From contig CAVTLK010000001.1 in NCBI GenBank assembly GCA_963735595.1, forward strand, positions 672,001 to 736,000: 64,000 nt of DNA. Direction: 5' to 3'. Origin of the DNA: an uncultured delta proteobacterium. Lineage in GTDB: Bacteria; Desulfobacterota; Zymogenia; Zymogenales; Zymogenaceae. Every line of letters starts with the position of its first letter. Within the stretch, counting starts at the first letter, position 1. The notes beneath the pieces are model-generated. The model made no database searches. It was not told the origin of the DNA and saw only the letters and a list, made by a program, of their open reading frames with translations. Shown here piece after piece: positions 43,657 to 53,305 of the stretch. A program made the translations under genes and the position numbers.

Positions 43657-44724
43657 TCATTCAGCCATAAATTTCCGGCTGGAATAACCCTCGGCGGGGT
43701 TGTTTATTTTATTCGCGGCCTTTTTCATCTCGGCCGTTTTCAGCGCCACGGCGTCGTTGAATCTCCTGCCCGTCCACCCGACGGCAAGCCTGCACCCCAG
43801 GTACACGGAGAGCAATACTGTAAGGAATTTACCCGCCAGCGCGGCGGAGAAAGGCGCCCCGTCGATACCGAGAACCGCGGTGACCCCCCAGAAGACAATG
43901 CCCAGCGCGGCCCCCATAAGGAGCATGAGGATAAAATAGAGAAATCCATTAATACCTCTGGCTTTACCCGTATAGCCGAACTTTCCTACGTACATATCGG
44001 AAAGCGTATAGGTAGATACCGCCAGGAAGACAAAATTACAGATGAACATGAATGTAACCGCGTAATCCAGCGCCATCGCCGCGGTCGGCACCAGGGACGC
44101 CGCATCCTTGGCCGCCTCCAAAGAAAATCCCCTGTTTGCCAGCGGCATATTGATGATGAGCTGCATGACAAACGTGGGCAGGATATAGTTCATCCAGATG
44201 TATCTCCCCTTGGAGTCTACCGGCTTTTCGGAGAATGGCCCTGCGGTCGCCAGTCCCGAGATATCGTCGTATATGAAGCGTTTCACGATGAAGGCAAAGG
44301 GCACCACGAACAGGAGCGATACCGCCACGGTTGCGGCGGGCGACGGAGTCCATCCCAGGCCGTAAACGATTGCGGCAAAGACGGCCGTAAGCGCTGCGGC
44401 CGCGGCGGTCCCGAGCGGTGCCGTTTTGAGCAGAGGATTGGCGATCGGGGATCCGGCCGAAGTCTTCTCGTTATTTTTTACGCCGGCCTTTTCACGGATC
44501 AACTCGGCCCGGGCGGCAAAGAGCGTCCCGTTGGGCTGGAAGATAATAAAGGCGAAAAAGGCGGTAGCGACAAAGCCCAGCACGGTGAATCGGGTGTAGT
44601 CCTCACTCATAAACTTAAATACGAGGATTCCGCCCAGGACAATGAGGACGGCAATGACAACAAAACTGAGGATGACCTGAATAATAAATAGTTTCCTGAT
44701 CCCTATTTTCTCATGGCTTGCCAT
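43657..44724 (-). CDS. Hypothetical multi-pass membrane protein
   Basis: GGGAGG RBS; about 8 hydrophobic segments; no recognised motif. Confidence 0.75.
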   Translation of the reverse strand: MASHEKIGIRKLFIIQVILSFVVIAVLIVLGGILVFKFMSEDYTRFTVLGFVATAFFAFIIFQPNGTLFAARAELIREKAGVKNNEKTSAGSPIANPLLKTAPLGTAAAAALTAVFAAIVYGLGWTPSPAATVAVSLLFVVPFAFIVKRFIYDDISGLATAGPFSEKPVDSKGRYIWMNYILPTFVMQLIINMPLANRGFSLEAAKDAASLVPTAAMALDYAVTFMFICNFVFLAVSTYTLSDMYVGKFGYTGKARGINGFLYFILMLLMGAALGIVFWGVTAVLGIDGAPFSAALAGKFLTVLLSVYLGCRLAVGWTGRRFNDAVALKTAEMKKAANKINNPAEGYSSRKFMAE

Positions 44725-45036
44725 AAAAACCTCCCTTTTTACGGATACAGAGGGCCAAGGAATTCACTCTCAGAGACCATTATTGGTGGGCTACGGGGAA
44801 AGACGTACCGCTTACGTCTTACTATATGAGACTGTAGCGTGTATACTATGCCATTGATCGATCGTTTTCAAGTAATTAGTGGCTCACGCCGAGGTGTTTC
44901 TCCCCCTTCCTCAGATGGAATATCGTTATATTGCCCGAGCAACAACTTTTTTTCTTTATAGTGAATCCTCCGGTCCGTTGGCTCATCTATACTATCAAAC
45001 TAATAGGGATTAACCCAAAAAAGGGAGGAACATACC

Positions 45037-45603
45037 ATGAACACGAAAACATTACTGATCGGTTTGACATTTGCCTTGGCCGCGATGTTTATCGCCCCTT
45101 CGATTGCGTATATGAGTCACGAGCCCGGCACCGTTATCGACGTCAAGGATTTTGTTGGTAACAGCTTCGAGTCCGCCATGCTAAGCGATGAGCCGGGCAC
45201 TATCATCGACATCAAGAGCTTCACCCTCGACACCTTCAAGAGCGCGATGGTTAGTGACGAGCCGGGTACTATTATCGACATCAAGAGCTTTACCGTCGAT
45301 ACCTTAAAGAGCGCTATGGTTAGTGACGAGCCGGGTACTATTATCGACATCAAGAGCTTCGTCGTTGATACTCTCAAAACAGCCCTCTTGAGCGACGAGC
45401 CTGGCACCGTTATCGACGTCAAGGATTTCGTCGGTAACAGCTTCGAGACGGCCATGCTAAGCGACGAGCCGGGTACTATTATTGATATCAAGAGCTTCGT
45501 CGTTGATACTCTCAAGACGGCCCTCTTGAGCGACGAGCCCGGCACGATTATCGACATCAAGAGCTTCGTCGTTGACACGACTCCCATGGAATCCATCAGT
45601 TAG
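45037..45603 (+). CDS. Secreted tandem-repeat protein (signal peptide plus 7 x 23 aa)
   Basis: GGGAGG RBS; Sec signal; repeats diverge mostly at third codon positions in this frame. Confidence 0.9.
   Translation: MNTKTLLIGLTFALAAMFIAPSIAYMSHEPGTVIDVKDFVGNSFESAMLSDEPGTIIDIKSFTLDTFKSAMVSDEPGTIIDIKSFTVDTLKSAMVSDEPGTIIDIKSFVVDTLKTALLSDEPGTVIDVKDFVGNSFETAMLSDEPGTIIDIKSFVVDTLKTALLSDEPGTIIDIKSFVVDTTPMESIS
45118..45600 (+). repeat. Seven tandem 69-bp coding repeats
   Basis: Unit begins GACGAGCCGGGYACYATYATCGACATCAAG; 483 bp = 7 x 69. Confidence 0.95.
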
Positions 45604-45684
45604 GATGCGACCGTGGCCATGCCCACAAGTGGCGTTTCCGGCCGGCAAAATATAACGGGGTGATGATTTGTTACTAAGCCACTG

Positions 45685-45716
45685 AAGCCCTCTCCGCAGG
45701 AGAGGGCTTTATTTTA
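45685..45716 (+). terminator. Intrinsic terminator after the repeat-protein gene
   Basis: AAGCCCTCTCC-GCA-GGAGAGGGCTT followed by TTATTTT. Confidence 0.8.
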
Positions 45717-46087
45717 TCCGAGTTTTGTTGTCACACGATATGTCTTGTACGGCCACGTGAGAAACGGCGAAAGGCGCCAACGATGTCGTCAACCCGGCTT
45801 TCTTCACTGAATCTCCACTTCTCTTAATATTACGACGTATCCATTTAGAGTTTTGACTCGATGCGAAGGCCCATCCACGGCCGGATAGACCCTTGTTCCG
45901 CAACCAAGCCACGTCTGTAATGATTAAGTGCAAATTATCTGTCAACTGACAAGAATATTTTGCACCTTGTTTACTCATCTCGTTAGCCTGCTCAAAGGAT
46001 ACTGAATATCAGGAGCATTACTATAACAATATAGTACAAAATGCGCATTATTACGACAAGGCGGTTCTGCTCTATAGACCCTAAAGC

Positions 46088-46103
46088 TGGCATACTACTT
46101 GCT
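46088..46103 (+). promoter_or_regulatory. Sigma54 (-24/-12) promoter
   Basis: TGGCAT-ACTAC-TTGCT, with GG and GC 10 nt apart, about 100 nt upstream of the GAF gene. Confidence 0.7.
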
Positions 46104-46199
46104 TTTTAATATTAGCCATCACGGAATCACCCACGTGTTGGAGTATACCTGGAGTCTCTTTCGATTATTTTTTTACATACTTAGAAAAGGGGAAACGCC

Positions 46200-46709
46200 A
46201 TGGATGAAAGACACGATAAGTTGATACAGACCGCCCTCACGAGGATGGAATACATTACCGATAAACCGCTCGAAGAATACAAGCACGCCATCACCGTCCA
46301 GCTGTCAATCATGACCGGTTCAACGCTATCCTATTTTGCAACCATGAATTCAGCGGAAAACGTGCTGACGATGATTGGCTGGTCGAAGTCGGCGATGGGC
46401 AACTGCAGCATGATCGATAAGCCGATTGTCTACAAAATCGAAGAGACGGGACTGTGGGGAGACGCCGTAAGGGAAAGGAAGCCGGTTATCACTAACGATT
46501 ACAAGAATCTCGTGAAGCCCACCAAAAAGGGATATCCCGAGGGGCACGTTAATGTAGTAAGACATATGAATGTACCGATCTTTGACGCAAATAGGATCGT
46601 AATGGTTGTCGGCGTGGGCAACAAGGCGACGGACTATAACCAGGAGGATGCCAGGAACATGATCGCATTTATGACCGAGGTATGGAAGGTCCTTAAAATG
46701 AAGCTGTAA
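46200..46709 (+). CDS. Stand-alone GAF-domain protein
   Basis: GLWGDAVRERKPVITNDY..GYPEGHV..RHMNVPIF..VVGVGNK..DY. Confidence 0.88.
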   Translation: MDERHDKLIQTALTRMEYITDKPLEEYKHAITVQLSIMTGSTLSYFATMNSAENVLTMIGWSKSAMGNCSMIDKPIVYKIEETGLWGDAVRERKPVITNDYKNLVKPTKKGYPEGHVNVVRHMNVPIFDANRIVMVVGVGNKATDYNQEDARNMIAFMTEVWKVLKMKL

Positions 46710-46935
46710 TTGGACCGAGATAACCATATGGGATTGAGGGGAGAATCATACTCACGTCGTGTTAGACCTTGATTTTTGCCGGTCATATATGCAGTGAGCC
46801 GCTCGATTCAAGAGATGATATGGCCCCGATTCGTCTTACTCAGGTATATATTCTCTTTCTTCCATTATCTGCATGCGATGGAGTATTAGACTACCCCACG
46901 CGTTGATGAACAGTACGATGAAACGAGAAACAAAA

Positions 46936-47088
46936 ATGACAGAACAGGAAACTAAAATAATTCACAAGGGAAATTGCCTCGAGTGTTCCTATTACAAGTG
47001 CTGCCCGCGTATGCAGGGTATCAACCAGTGTAAGAATATCATCGAGACGCTTACTCCCCAGAAAGATATTGGCAAGCTCTCGGGGTAG
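46936..47088 (+). CDS. Possible small Cys-rich protein (50 aa)
   Basis: CLECSYYKCCPRMQGINQC motif; weak RBS; start uncertain. Confidence 0.4.
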   Translation: MTEQETKIIHKGNCLECSYYKCCPRMQGINQCKNIIETLTPQKDIGKLSG

Positions 47089-47200
47089 CTGGATTTGCGG
47101 CATAGGGTAAGGCTGGTTTAAAAACATATCAAAACGTATAAACCTTCCGAAAACCATGTGACGCCTCGCCTGTCTGTCGTCGCTATTCGTCTCTTCAAGC

Positions 47201-47228
47201 AAAAAAAGGCCCGGTCTCCCGGGCCTTT
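47201..47228 (-). terminator. Intrinsic terminator of the DUF35/thiolase-like operon
   Basis: A7-GGCCCGG-TCTC-CCGGGCC-TTT on the + strand. Confidence 0.8.
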
Positions 47229-47251
47229 CCGTTACGTATCTTCGTTATGTC

Positions 47252-47722
47252 TCAATCGATCACGACGAAGTGCTTGACGTCGGTGATTTTGCCGGCCCGC
47301 TTCTCCTCGAAGACGGCCTTTACCCGCGCACCGATCTTGACCTTCTTTTCGTCCTTGATCTCCACGTAGTGCTGGAGGTCCGTGTCCGCCCCGTCCAGAC
47401 GGATATACGCGTACCCGTAGGGGACCGGTTTCTCCTTTCCCGTCTCGGGGTCAAGGAACGCGAAGCGCAGGATCGTGTAGGTGTGGAGGTATCCCTCGTC
47501 CTTCACGGGAACCCACTCGGTCATCTCTGCAAAGCACGTGCCGCAGACCTTGCGCGGCGGTACGTAGACTTTTCCACACTTCGGACATTTGATGCCCATG
47601 AACCGCTTGTTGTCCCTGATTTCGGCCAGGAATTTCGATCCCTCCGCGCCGACGGTGTAGCTGAACGGCTGCTCGGCGTCTCCGGAGTTTATCGTCAAGA
47701 GGTCAACTCCCTGGTTCGTCAT
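47252..47722 (-). CDS. DUF35 Zn-ribbon/OB-fold protein
   Basis: CPKCGKVYVPPRKVCGTC, YIRLDGADT and GARVKAVF. Confidence 0.93.
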   Translation of the reverse strand: MTNQGVDLLTINSGDAEQPFSYTVGAEGSKFLAEIRDNKRFMGIKCPKCGKVYVPPRKVCGTCFAEMTEWVPVKDEGYLHTYTILRFAFLDPETGKEKPVPYGYAYIRLDGADTDLQHYVEIKDEKKVKIGARVKAVFEEKRAGKITDVKHFVVID

Positions 47723-47735
47723 ACCGACCTCCTCT

Positions 47736-48899
47736 TCATTTAGGTTTGGTGCTCTTGAGAATCGTTGCATCGCTCCAGAAACATCCCCCGAAGCCGCTGG
47801 CCAGCGCCGTCTTTACATCGGGCACCTGCCTCTTGCCGCCCCTGCCCATAATTTGGACCGCCGCCTCGGCGGTCCTGAGAAGCGCCGTTGCCCCGATGCA
47901 GTTGGTCGCGATAACGCCGCCCGACGGGTTAATCGGCAGCTCTCCTCCCATATCGGTCACGCCGTCCCATAAGAGCTTGGGCGCCTGCCCCGGAGCACAA
48001 AGGCCCAGTGACTCTATCCAGGAGAGCCCCGCGCACGAATACGGAAGATAGAGTTCCATCACGTCTATTTCTTTGAGCGGCTCCTTGATGCCGACCTTCG
48101 CGTAAAGCTCTTTCGAGGCCATCTCCATCGACACCAGCCGGCCGTCCCAATTGCAGTCGCCCAAATAGTTATAGGGATGTTTGACCGAGGCCCCGTGGAA
48201 CCATGCCGGCCTGTCGCAGATCTTTTCCGCGTATTTTTCCGACGCGAAGACCACCGCGCACGCGCCGTCCGTCCGAGGACAGACATCCAGCAGCTTGATG
48301 GGGTCCGAGAGCATGGGCGAATTCATCACGTCTTCGATCGTTATCTCCTTTCGGAGCTGTGCGTACGGATTATTCGTGGCATGCTTCCGGTCGCGCACCG
48401 CCACTCGTGCCGCGTCCTTCTCGGTGACGCCGTACTTGGTCATATAGGCCATGGCCTCTGCCGCAAGCCCCGATATCGCCCCCGCAAAGACCAACCGGTC
48501 CCAGATAGGGTCGAACGCCGTGGTGATGGCCGCGGTCGTGTCGGACTCGGAGTTTTTCTCCCATCCGATCGCCAGCACCTTATCGAACATGCCGGAGGCC
48601 ACGAGATGATACCCGCAGTGGCCGACGGTGGATCCGGTTGTCCCGCCGGTGGTGACCTTGATGACCGGTTTCATGAAGCCGCCCGTGCCGTCAATGCTCC
48701 AGGTATCGACGTAGTTTATTCCTTCAAAGTGATCCATATTCCCGATGACGACGGCATCTATATCGTCTATCGTCAGCTCACCATCCTCAAGGCACCGGCT
48801 TACCGCTTCGTGAATCAGCTCGAGCCCGTTGACGTCCAGACGGCTGGAGCGGTGGTGTGTCTGGCCGGTGGCGACGATTGCCGTTTTTTCTTTTGCCAT
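47736..48899 (-). CDS. SCP2-thiolase-fold protein lacking the catalytic Cys (Ltp3-like)
   Basis: GQT..DAVVIG..DHFEG..KVTTGGTTGST..WEKNSES; ELYLPYS; INPSGG. Confidence 0.88.
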   Translation of the reverse strand: MAKEKTAIVATGQTHHRSSRLDVNGLELIHEAVSRCLEDGELTIDDIDAVVIGNMDHFEGINYVDTWSIDGTGGFMKPVIKVTTGGTTGSTVGHCGYHLVASGMFDKVLAIGWEKNSESDTTAAITTAFDPIWDRLVFAGAISGLAAEAMAYMTKYGVTEKDAARVAVRDRKHATNNPYAQLRKEITIEDVMNSPMLSDPIKLLDVCPRTDGACAVVFASEKYAEKICDRPAWFHGASVKHPYNYLGDCNWDGRLVSMEMASKELYAKVGIKEPLKEIDVMELYLPYSCAGLSWIESLGLCAPGQAPKLLWDGVTDMGGELPINPSGGVIATNCIGATALLRTAEAAVQIMGRGGKRQVPDVKTALASGFGGCFWSDATILKSTKPK

Positions 48900-48901
48900 T
48901 G

Positions 48902-50050
48902 CTACCTCCCTACGATCCAAACACAGTGTGACTGGCCGCACGCGCCGTTTACGCCGTGGGCCAGCGCCGTCTTAACCCCCTTGACCTGGTGGTCGCCGGC
49001 ATCTCCCCGAACCTGCAAACACGCCTCGATGAGTCTGATCATACCGCCCGTGATAACCGGGTGGCCGGAAAGGAGCCCCCCCGACGGATTTACCGGGAGT
49101 TTCCCGCCCATCTCGGTAACGCCGCGGTCGATCAATTTCCCTCCGCCTCCCGGCGCGCAGAAGCCCAGACCTTCGTACCACATCAGTTCCATGAAGGAAA
49201 ATGCGTCGTATATCTCGGCCACGTCGATTTCGGAAATCGGATCGGAAATGTTGGCCGCCTCATAGGCCCTGGAGGCCGCCATATCCAGCGCGTTGGCATC
49301 GGCCAGGTCGCGGTCGCCGAGGAAATAGGCGTCCGCGCAGTATCCGACACCCCTGACCTTCACGGCATTCTTATGTTTTTTCGCCGATTCCTCACCCGAG
49401 ATAATCATGGCCGCCGCCCCATCGGAAATCGGCGAGCAGTCCAGCAGCTTCAGCGGGTCGGCGATGACCCTGGATTCCATGACCTCGTCGAGCGTGACGG
49501 CTTTCTTGATCTGGGCGTACGGGTTCTTGAGGGCATTGGCGTGGTTCTTTACGGAGACCTTGGCGCACTGCTCCTCGGTAATGCCGTACTTTGCCATATA
49601 GCGCCGCATCTGGAGGCCCGCGGTATTGAGGGAGTCAAGCCCTATCGGCCGCATATATAGTGGGTCAAAAATGCCGTTGGTGATATGGACGTTATCGGAG
49701 ATGGACCCTTTGACATGCGTGACGACGAGGCTGTTCTTATATGAGCCCGAAAGGATCCGGCACATCCCGTAGAAGGCCGAGAACGTTCCGTCGCCCTCGA
49801 CGGTGGTAATATTCTTGCCCAGTCCCGCTCCCACGGCGTCGTTGACCGCCATGGACGAGATCGTGCGGCCGTCCCAAAAATCGTTGGAGGTGGTCACGAT
49901 ATTATCGATATCATCGATAGTCATGCCGGCGTCTTTAAGCGCCTTGGTGACGACCTCGTAGGCCATATCGGCGAAGGTATCGGCCGGCTTTTGCCGCTCT
50001 ATGGCCGTTTGTCCCACCCCGATAATGGTGATGTCCTCAACTCCGTTCAT
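48902..50050 (-). CDS. SCP2-thiolase-fold protein lacking the catalytic Cys (Ltp4-like)
   Basis: SNDFWDGRTIS, TVEGDG, SDGAAA, EIYDAFS and NPSGGLLSGHP. Confidence 0.88.
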   Translation of the reverse strand: MNGVEDITIIGVGQTAIERQKPADTFADMAYEVVTKALKDAGMTIDDIDNIVTTSNDFWDGRTISSMAVNDAVGAGLGKNITTVEGDGTFSAFYGMCRILSGSYKNSLVVTHVKGSISDNVHITNGIFDPLYMRPIGLDSLNTAGLQMRRYMAKYGITEEQCAKVSVKNHANALKNPYAQIKKAVTLDEVMESRVIADPLKLLDCSPISDGAAAMIISGEESAKKHKNAVKVRGVGYCADAYFLGDRDLADANALDMAASRAYEAANISDPISEIDVAEIYDAFSFMELMWYEGLGFCAPGGGGKLIDRGVTEMGGKLPVNPSGGLLSGHPVITGGMIRLIEACLQVRGDAGDHQVKGVKTALAHGVNGACGQSHCVWIVGR

Positions 50051-50062
50051 GCTCTTCCTCTT

Positions 50063-50521
50063 CTATACCGGTTTAAAATGCTTGATATCAAGTATATGTC
50101 CCTTACGGTTGTCCTCAAAGACGGCCTTAACGCGCATACCGACCTTCACCCTGTCCGGAGGCACATCTCCAATCAGGTGGACAAGCCCCGTGTCGGCGCC
50201 GTCCAACAGGACGATCCCGATGATGTGAGGGGTCTTCCCGGGCACAAGCGGGGTCTCGTACCGGACGACCGTAAATGTCTGGAGCACTCCCTCGTCTTTC
50301 ACTTCGACCCACTCGTGGATATCGGAGAAGCAGTACGTGCACGCCTTTTTCGGGGGGACGAAGACCATGTCGCACGAGGGGCACCTGGTCGCCCAGATCT
50401 TCTTGTTATCCTTTAACTCCATGAGGAAGCGGCTTCCCACCTCCCCCACAGACCAGGTATAGGGAACCTTTATCCTGCTGCTATACTGCAACAGTCCCTG
50501 GTCTTGCTGCTTTTGGGCCAT
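50063..50521 (-). CDS. DUF35 Zn-ribbon/OB-fold protein
   Basis: CPSCDMVFVPPKKACTYC, LDGADTGLVH and GMRVKAVF. Confidence 0.93.
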   Translation of the reverse strand: MAQKQQDQGLLQYSSRIKVPYTWSVGEVGSRFLMELKDNKKIWATRCPSCDMVFVPPKKACTYCFSDIHEWVEVKDEGVLQTFTVVRYETPLVPGKTPHIIGIVLLDGADTGLVHLIGDVPPDRVKVGMRVKAVFEDNRKGHILDIKHFKPV

Positions 50522-51114
50522 TGGTCACCTCCTTGATCATTGCATGAGTTTATTCCGTCGAACTATCTGTCATGTACGGGATACGACAATCGATCCAGAC
50601 CGCCGGTCGCGGGCGTGACGTTCTTGGCAGACGATGACCCAACACGATTTACGAATCGGAAATACATCGCACCAGTCGCTTGGCCCGGCCGCCGCATCAA
50701 GCATCGTATTGCCGTCTTCTTGCCTATCGTGTAAAGGTGTTTTGGAAGACCTGCATGAGGCGTCTCCGACAATCTCTTAGTAAGGAATACTAACCGTATC
50801 AAAGTCCGGATTAGTTGTCAAGGCAATTGATTGACAAATCAATCTTTTTGCCGCCGGCCGGCGGAAGGCTCACCCGGTATACCGTGAAACCGTTAGAAAT
50901 GAATGTATTTGATATATATCTTATATATAATTTTAGAGATTTTATAAATAATTTATGTTCTTTTAAATATTTATCTTGACATTATCGGAAATCTATTATA
51001 TATAGTTATTTGTCGGAAGTGTTTATATTGAACGATGCGTATCTATACCCCCACCGGGAGAGTTGACAGGTATAGAAATACCGGCAGGCGCTTACCTACG
51101 GTCGGAGTGACCTT

Positions 51115-52626
51115 GTGGAACGGCCCGAGATAATCAAAATACTCGTTGAGTCTCTTCACTGCCCCGATCATGATGAGCGGCGCGTTGCGCGCGAGTTTCT
51201 TCGCGAAATCCTCACCCGGCGCGGCGAGCCGCTCACCAACCGATCACGCGCCGCTCTGCACCTCGCGCTCCATCAAACCAGGCAGTTCGGGATTCGCGCC
51301 GCCGGATTGATATCACAAGATGCCTCCTCCGTCGCCCCGTTGTTCCAAAAGATCCGGCTCACCGCACGCCCCGCCCGTGACCGTATTCGCGAAGGATTCC
51401 AGTCGGTCGGCGGTATTGTTCCACTTACATTGATCGCCGCGGCAACGGGGTATTTCAGCGCGCGTGACGCCTTTGCCTTCCGGGTTACCGGGGCAATGAA
51501 CGGGATCAGCGCCGCCCGAACCTTCGTTGTCGATATCGTCGCGGGGCTCCTGGCCTTCGGTATTACCGGGACGGTGAACGTGGCCGCCGGTGCCGTCAGC
51601 TTCGTTGTCGATACCGTTGCGGGCGCCCTGGCGGTAGTCTATGCAGTCCGCGCCGGAATCGTTGACACTGCTATCGCCGCCTTCACCGTCCTCATCGAAG
51701 CCGTCCAATCCGCGCATACCGGCGCCGTCGGCGCCGTTACCGCGGTCATCGCGGCAACCCGAAACAGTATCGAAACGGCCTGCTCCGCCGCATCCGGATT
51801 CGTTGTGCGCTCAGTCACCCGCTCCCGAGACACCGTCCGCATGTGGAAAAGGCACACCGCCGACCGCATCGCGCGAGCGCGGGCCGCCGTCACGTACCGA
51901 TATATCGCTACGCGCAACGCCGTCCTTACAATTGTTGCCCGAATTGTTGACCGCGTCGTTGTTTCGTACCGCCGCATCCGCCACATATACGCCGAAATAA
52001 GAAGACACGCCGTTCGCCAGGTGCTTCCCCAGCCCGCCACTCCGTTTATCGTTGCGGGTCTTGTGTGTCTTGTCCTCTTCGTCTTCGGGATTAACTCATA
52101 CTTCGTTATCAGCGACGTGAACCGGAAGGGGATATTTATGGATTTGAGCCGATACGAGTGGGGGGATGAAGCCCTCGCTTCGATACTGATCGGCGAAGGA
52201 TACGATATCTACCTCAACGAGAAGATCACCGAAAAGAGGATCAAGGAGCTCCTGGAATCGGGTCACTATTACGAGCGGGTCATCCGGGTCACCGGCTATT
52301 ACTCTCCGCTGCCGGACCAGGCGAAATTCGCTACCGGCAGTTACCGCGGAGACATCATCCTGAACGGCCGCGGTATTATGGGCAGCGATACGACACCCGT
52401 CTATATCGGCATGGCGGCCGGCCCCCCCCACATGGAATTCGGCACGAACGTTATTATCGAAGACCTCGGCAAGTTCAACCTCCCGAAGATCTACACGATT
52501 CACGACCGGGGCGGGGCTATCAAGGGAAACCGACTCGATATCTGGGTCGGCAAGGGCGAACAGGCCATGAAGAAGGCCTACGAGATCACCGGGTATTATA
52601 AGGTGATCGTGGTGGGCGATAAGTAA
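51115..52626 (+). CDS. Membrane-anchored protein with C-terminal 3D (MltA-like) domain
   Basis: VTGYYSP, AAGP..FGT, HDRGGAIKGNRLDIWVG; a TM helix precedes it; long Ala/Val/Arg-rich N-terminus. Confidence 0.8.
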   Translation: MERPEIIKILVESLHCPDHDERRVAREFLREILTRRGEPLTNRSRAALHLALHQTRQFGIRAAGLISQDASSVAPLFQKIRLTARPARDRIREGFQSVGGIVPLTLIAAATGYFSARDAFAFRVTGAMNGISAARTFVVDIVAGLLAFGITGTVNVAAGAVSFVVDTVAGALAVVYAVRAGIVDTAIAAFTVLIEAVQSAHTGAVGAVTAVIAATRNSIETACSAASGFVVRSVTRSRDTVRMWKRHTADRIARARAAVTYRYIATRNAVLTIVARIVDRVVVSYRRIRHIYAEIRRHAVRQVLPQPATPFIVAGLVCLVLFVFGINSYFVISDVNRKGIFMDLSRYEWGDEALASILIGEGYDIYLNEKITEKRIKELLESGHYYERVIRVTGYYSPLPDQAKFATGSYRGDIILNGRGIMGSDTTPVYIGMAAGPPHMEFGTNVIIEDLGKFNLPKIYTIHDRGGAIKGNRLDIWVGKGEQAMKKAYEITGYYKVIVVGDK

Positions 52627-52649
52627 AATCCGCAGAGATCTGATCGAAC

Positions 52650-52679
52650 GAAAACGGGCGCCCCAGAGGCGCCCGTTTC
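52650..52679. terminator. Bidirectional terminator-like hairpin between convergent genes
   Basis: AAAACGGGCGCC-CCAGA-GGCGCCCGTTT. Confidence 0.7.
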
Positions 52680-52692
52680 ATATCATATACTG

Positions 52693-53025
52693 TTACCTTC
52701 CCGACCCGATAAGACCGAGCCCCAGTACCAGAAACACCACCGCGAGGATGATAAAGATAAGCACCGTGGTAAATATCGGCAGCCCCGCGGTAATCGCCGT
52801 AGTCCAGAGCACGATTTTAAGCACCCGCTTCGTTGCCGCCTCGGAAAGCGGCACTTTTGTCGTGCCGGCTTCCACCAAAGCCCCGCCGGGTTGCGTATTA
52901 AGAACCAGGACGGTGCTCCTGCAATGCTCACAGAAGGCCTTGTCGGCCCCCTCGGGCACCCGCAGCGCCCCTCCGCAGTTCGGGCACTTGAGCGCGATAA
53001 TACGTACGTCTTTATCTTCGGCCAT
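52693..53025 (-). CDS. Zn-ribbon protein with C-terminal TM region
   Basis: CPNCGGAL..CEHCRS and a hydrophobic C-terminus. Confidence 0.75.
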   Translation of the reverse strand: MAEDKDVRIIALKCPNCGGALRVPEGADKAFCEHCRSTVLVLNTQPGGALVEAGTTKVPLSEAATKRVLKIVLWTTAITAGLPIFTTVLIFIILAVVFLVLGLGLIGSGR

Positions 53026-53080
53026 CGTCTGCTCGCGGTATCGGTCGTTGCGGTATTCCGGAGGGGTCCCTCCCGGTGTT

Positions 53081-53305
53081 TTACAGGCCCAGTATGGCCA
53101 GTAAGATTAACGAACCATGCACCAACGCGAAGGTAATCGTGACATATGCCATGCGGATGTGCCATTTCATGGAGAGGAACCTTATCCTGCGCTTGTTGAG
53201 AGTTGAGATGGTGGCGGTAAACAGCAGGCAGAGCAATGCAATGATTCCCAGATAGAGCGCGAGTGGCAGCCCGAAGATCGGAAAGCCTGCGATTGCTGAA
53301 AACAT
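53081..53305 (-). CDS. Small two-TM membrane protein
   Basis: AAGGAG RBS; KWHIRMAY..LVHG His pair. Confidence 0.7.
   Translation of the reverse strand: MFSAIAGFPIFGLPLALYLGIIALLCLLFTATISTLNKRRIRFLSMKWHIRMAYVTITFALVHGSLILLAILGL

Noticed and set aside
45118..45600. 69-bp periodic array as a CRISPR array or DGR template
   Set aside because: No unique spacers; the period is a multiple of 3 with synonymous-biased changes; no cas or reverse transcriptase gene in the window.
45709..45978. 89-aa minus-strand ORF MSKQGAKY
   Set aside because: No RBS or motif; more likely the upstream regulatory region of the sigma54 promoter.
50826..50845. TTGAT...ATCAA as an FNR box
   Set aside because: The spacing is 6 nt rather than 4; the palindrome may be regulatory but cannot be assigned.
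51598..51616. SFVVDT shared between the 3D-domain protein and the 23-aa repeat protein
   Set aside because: A six-residue match with different codons and context; likely chance.
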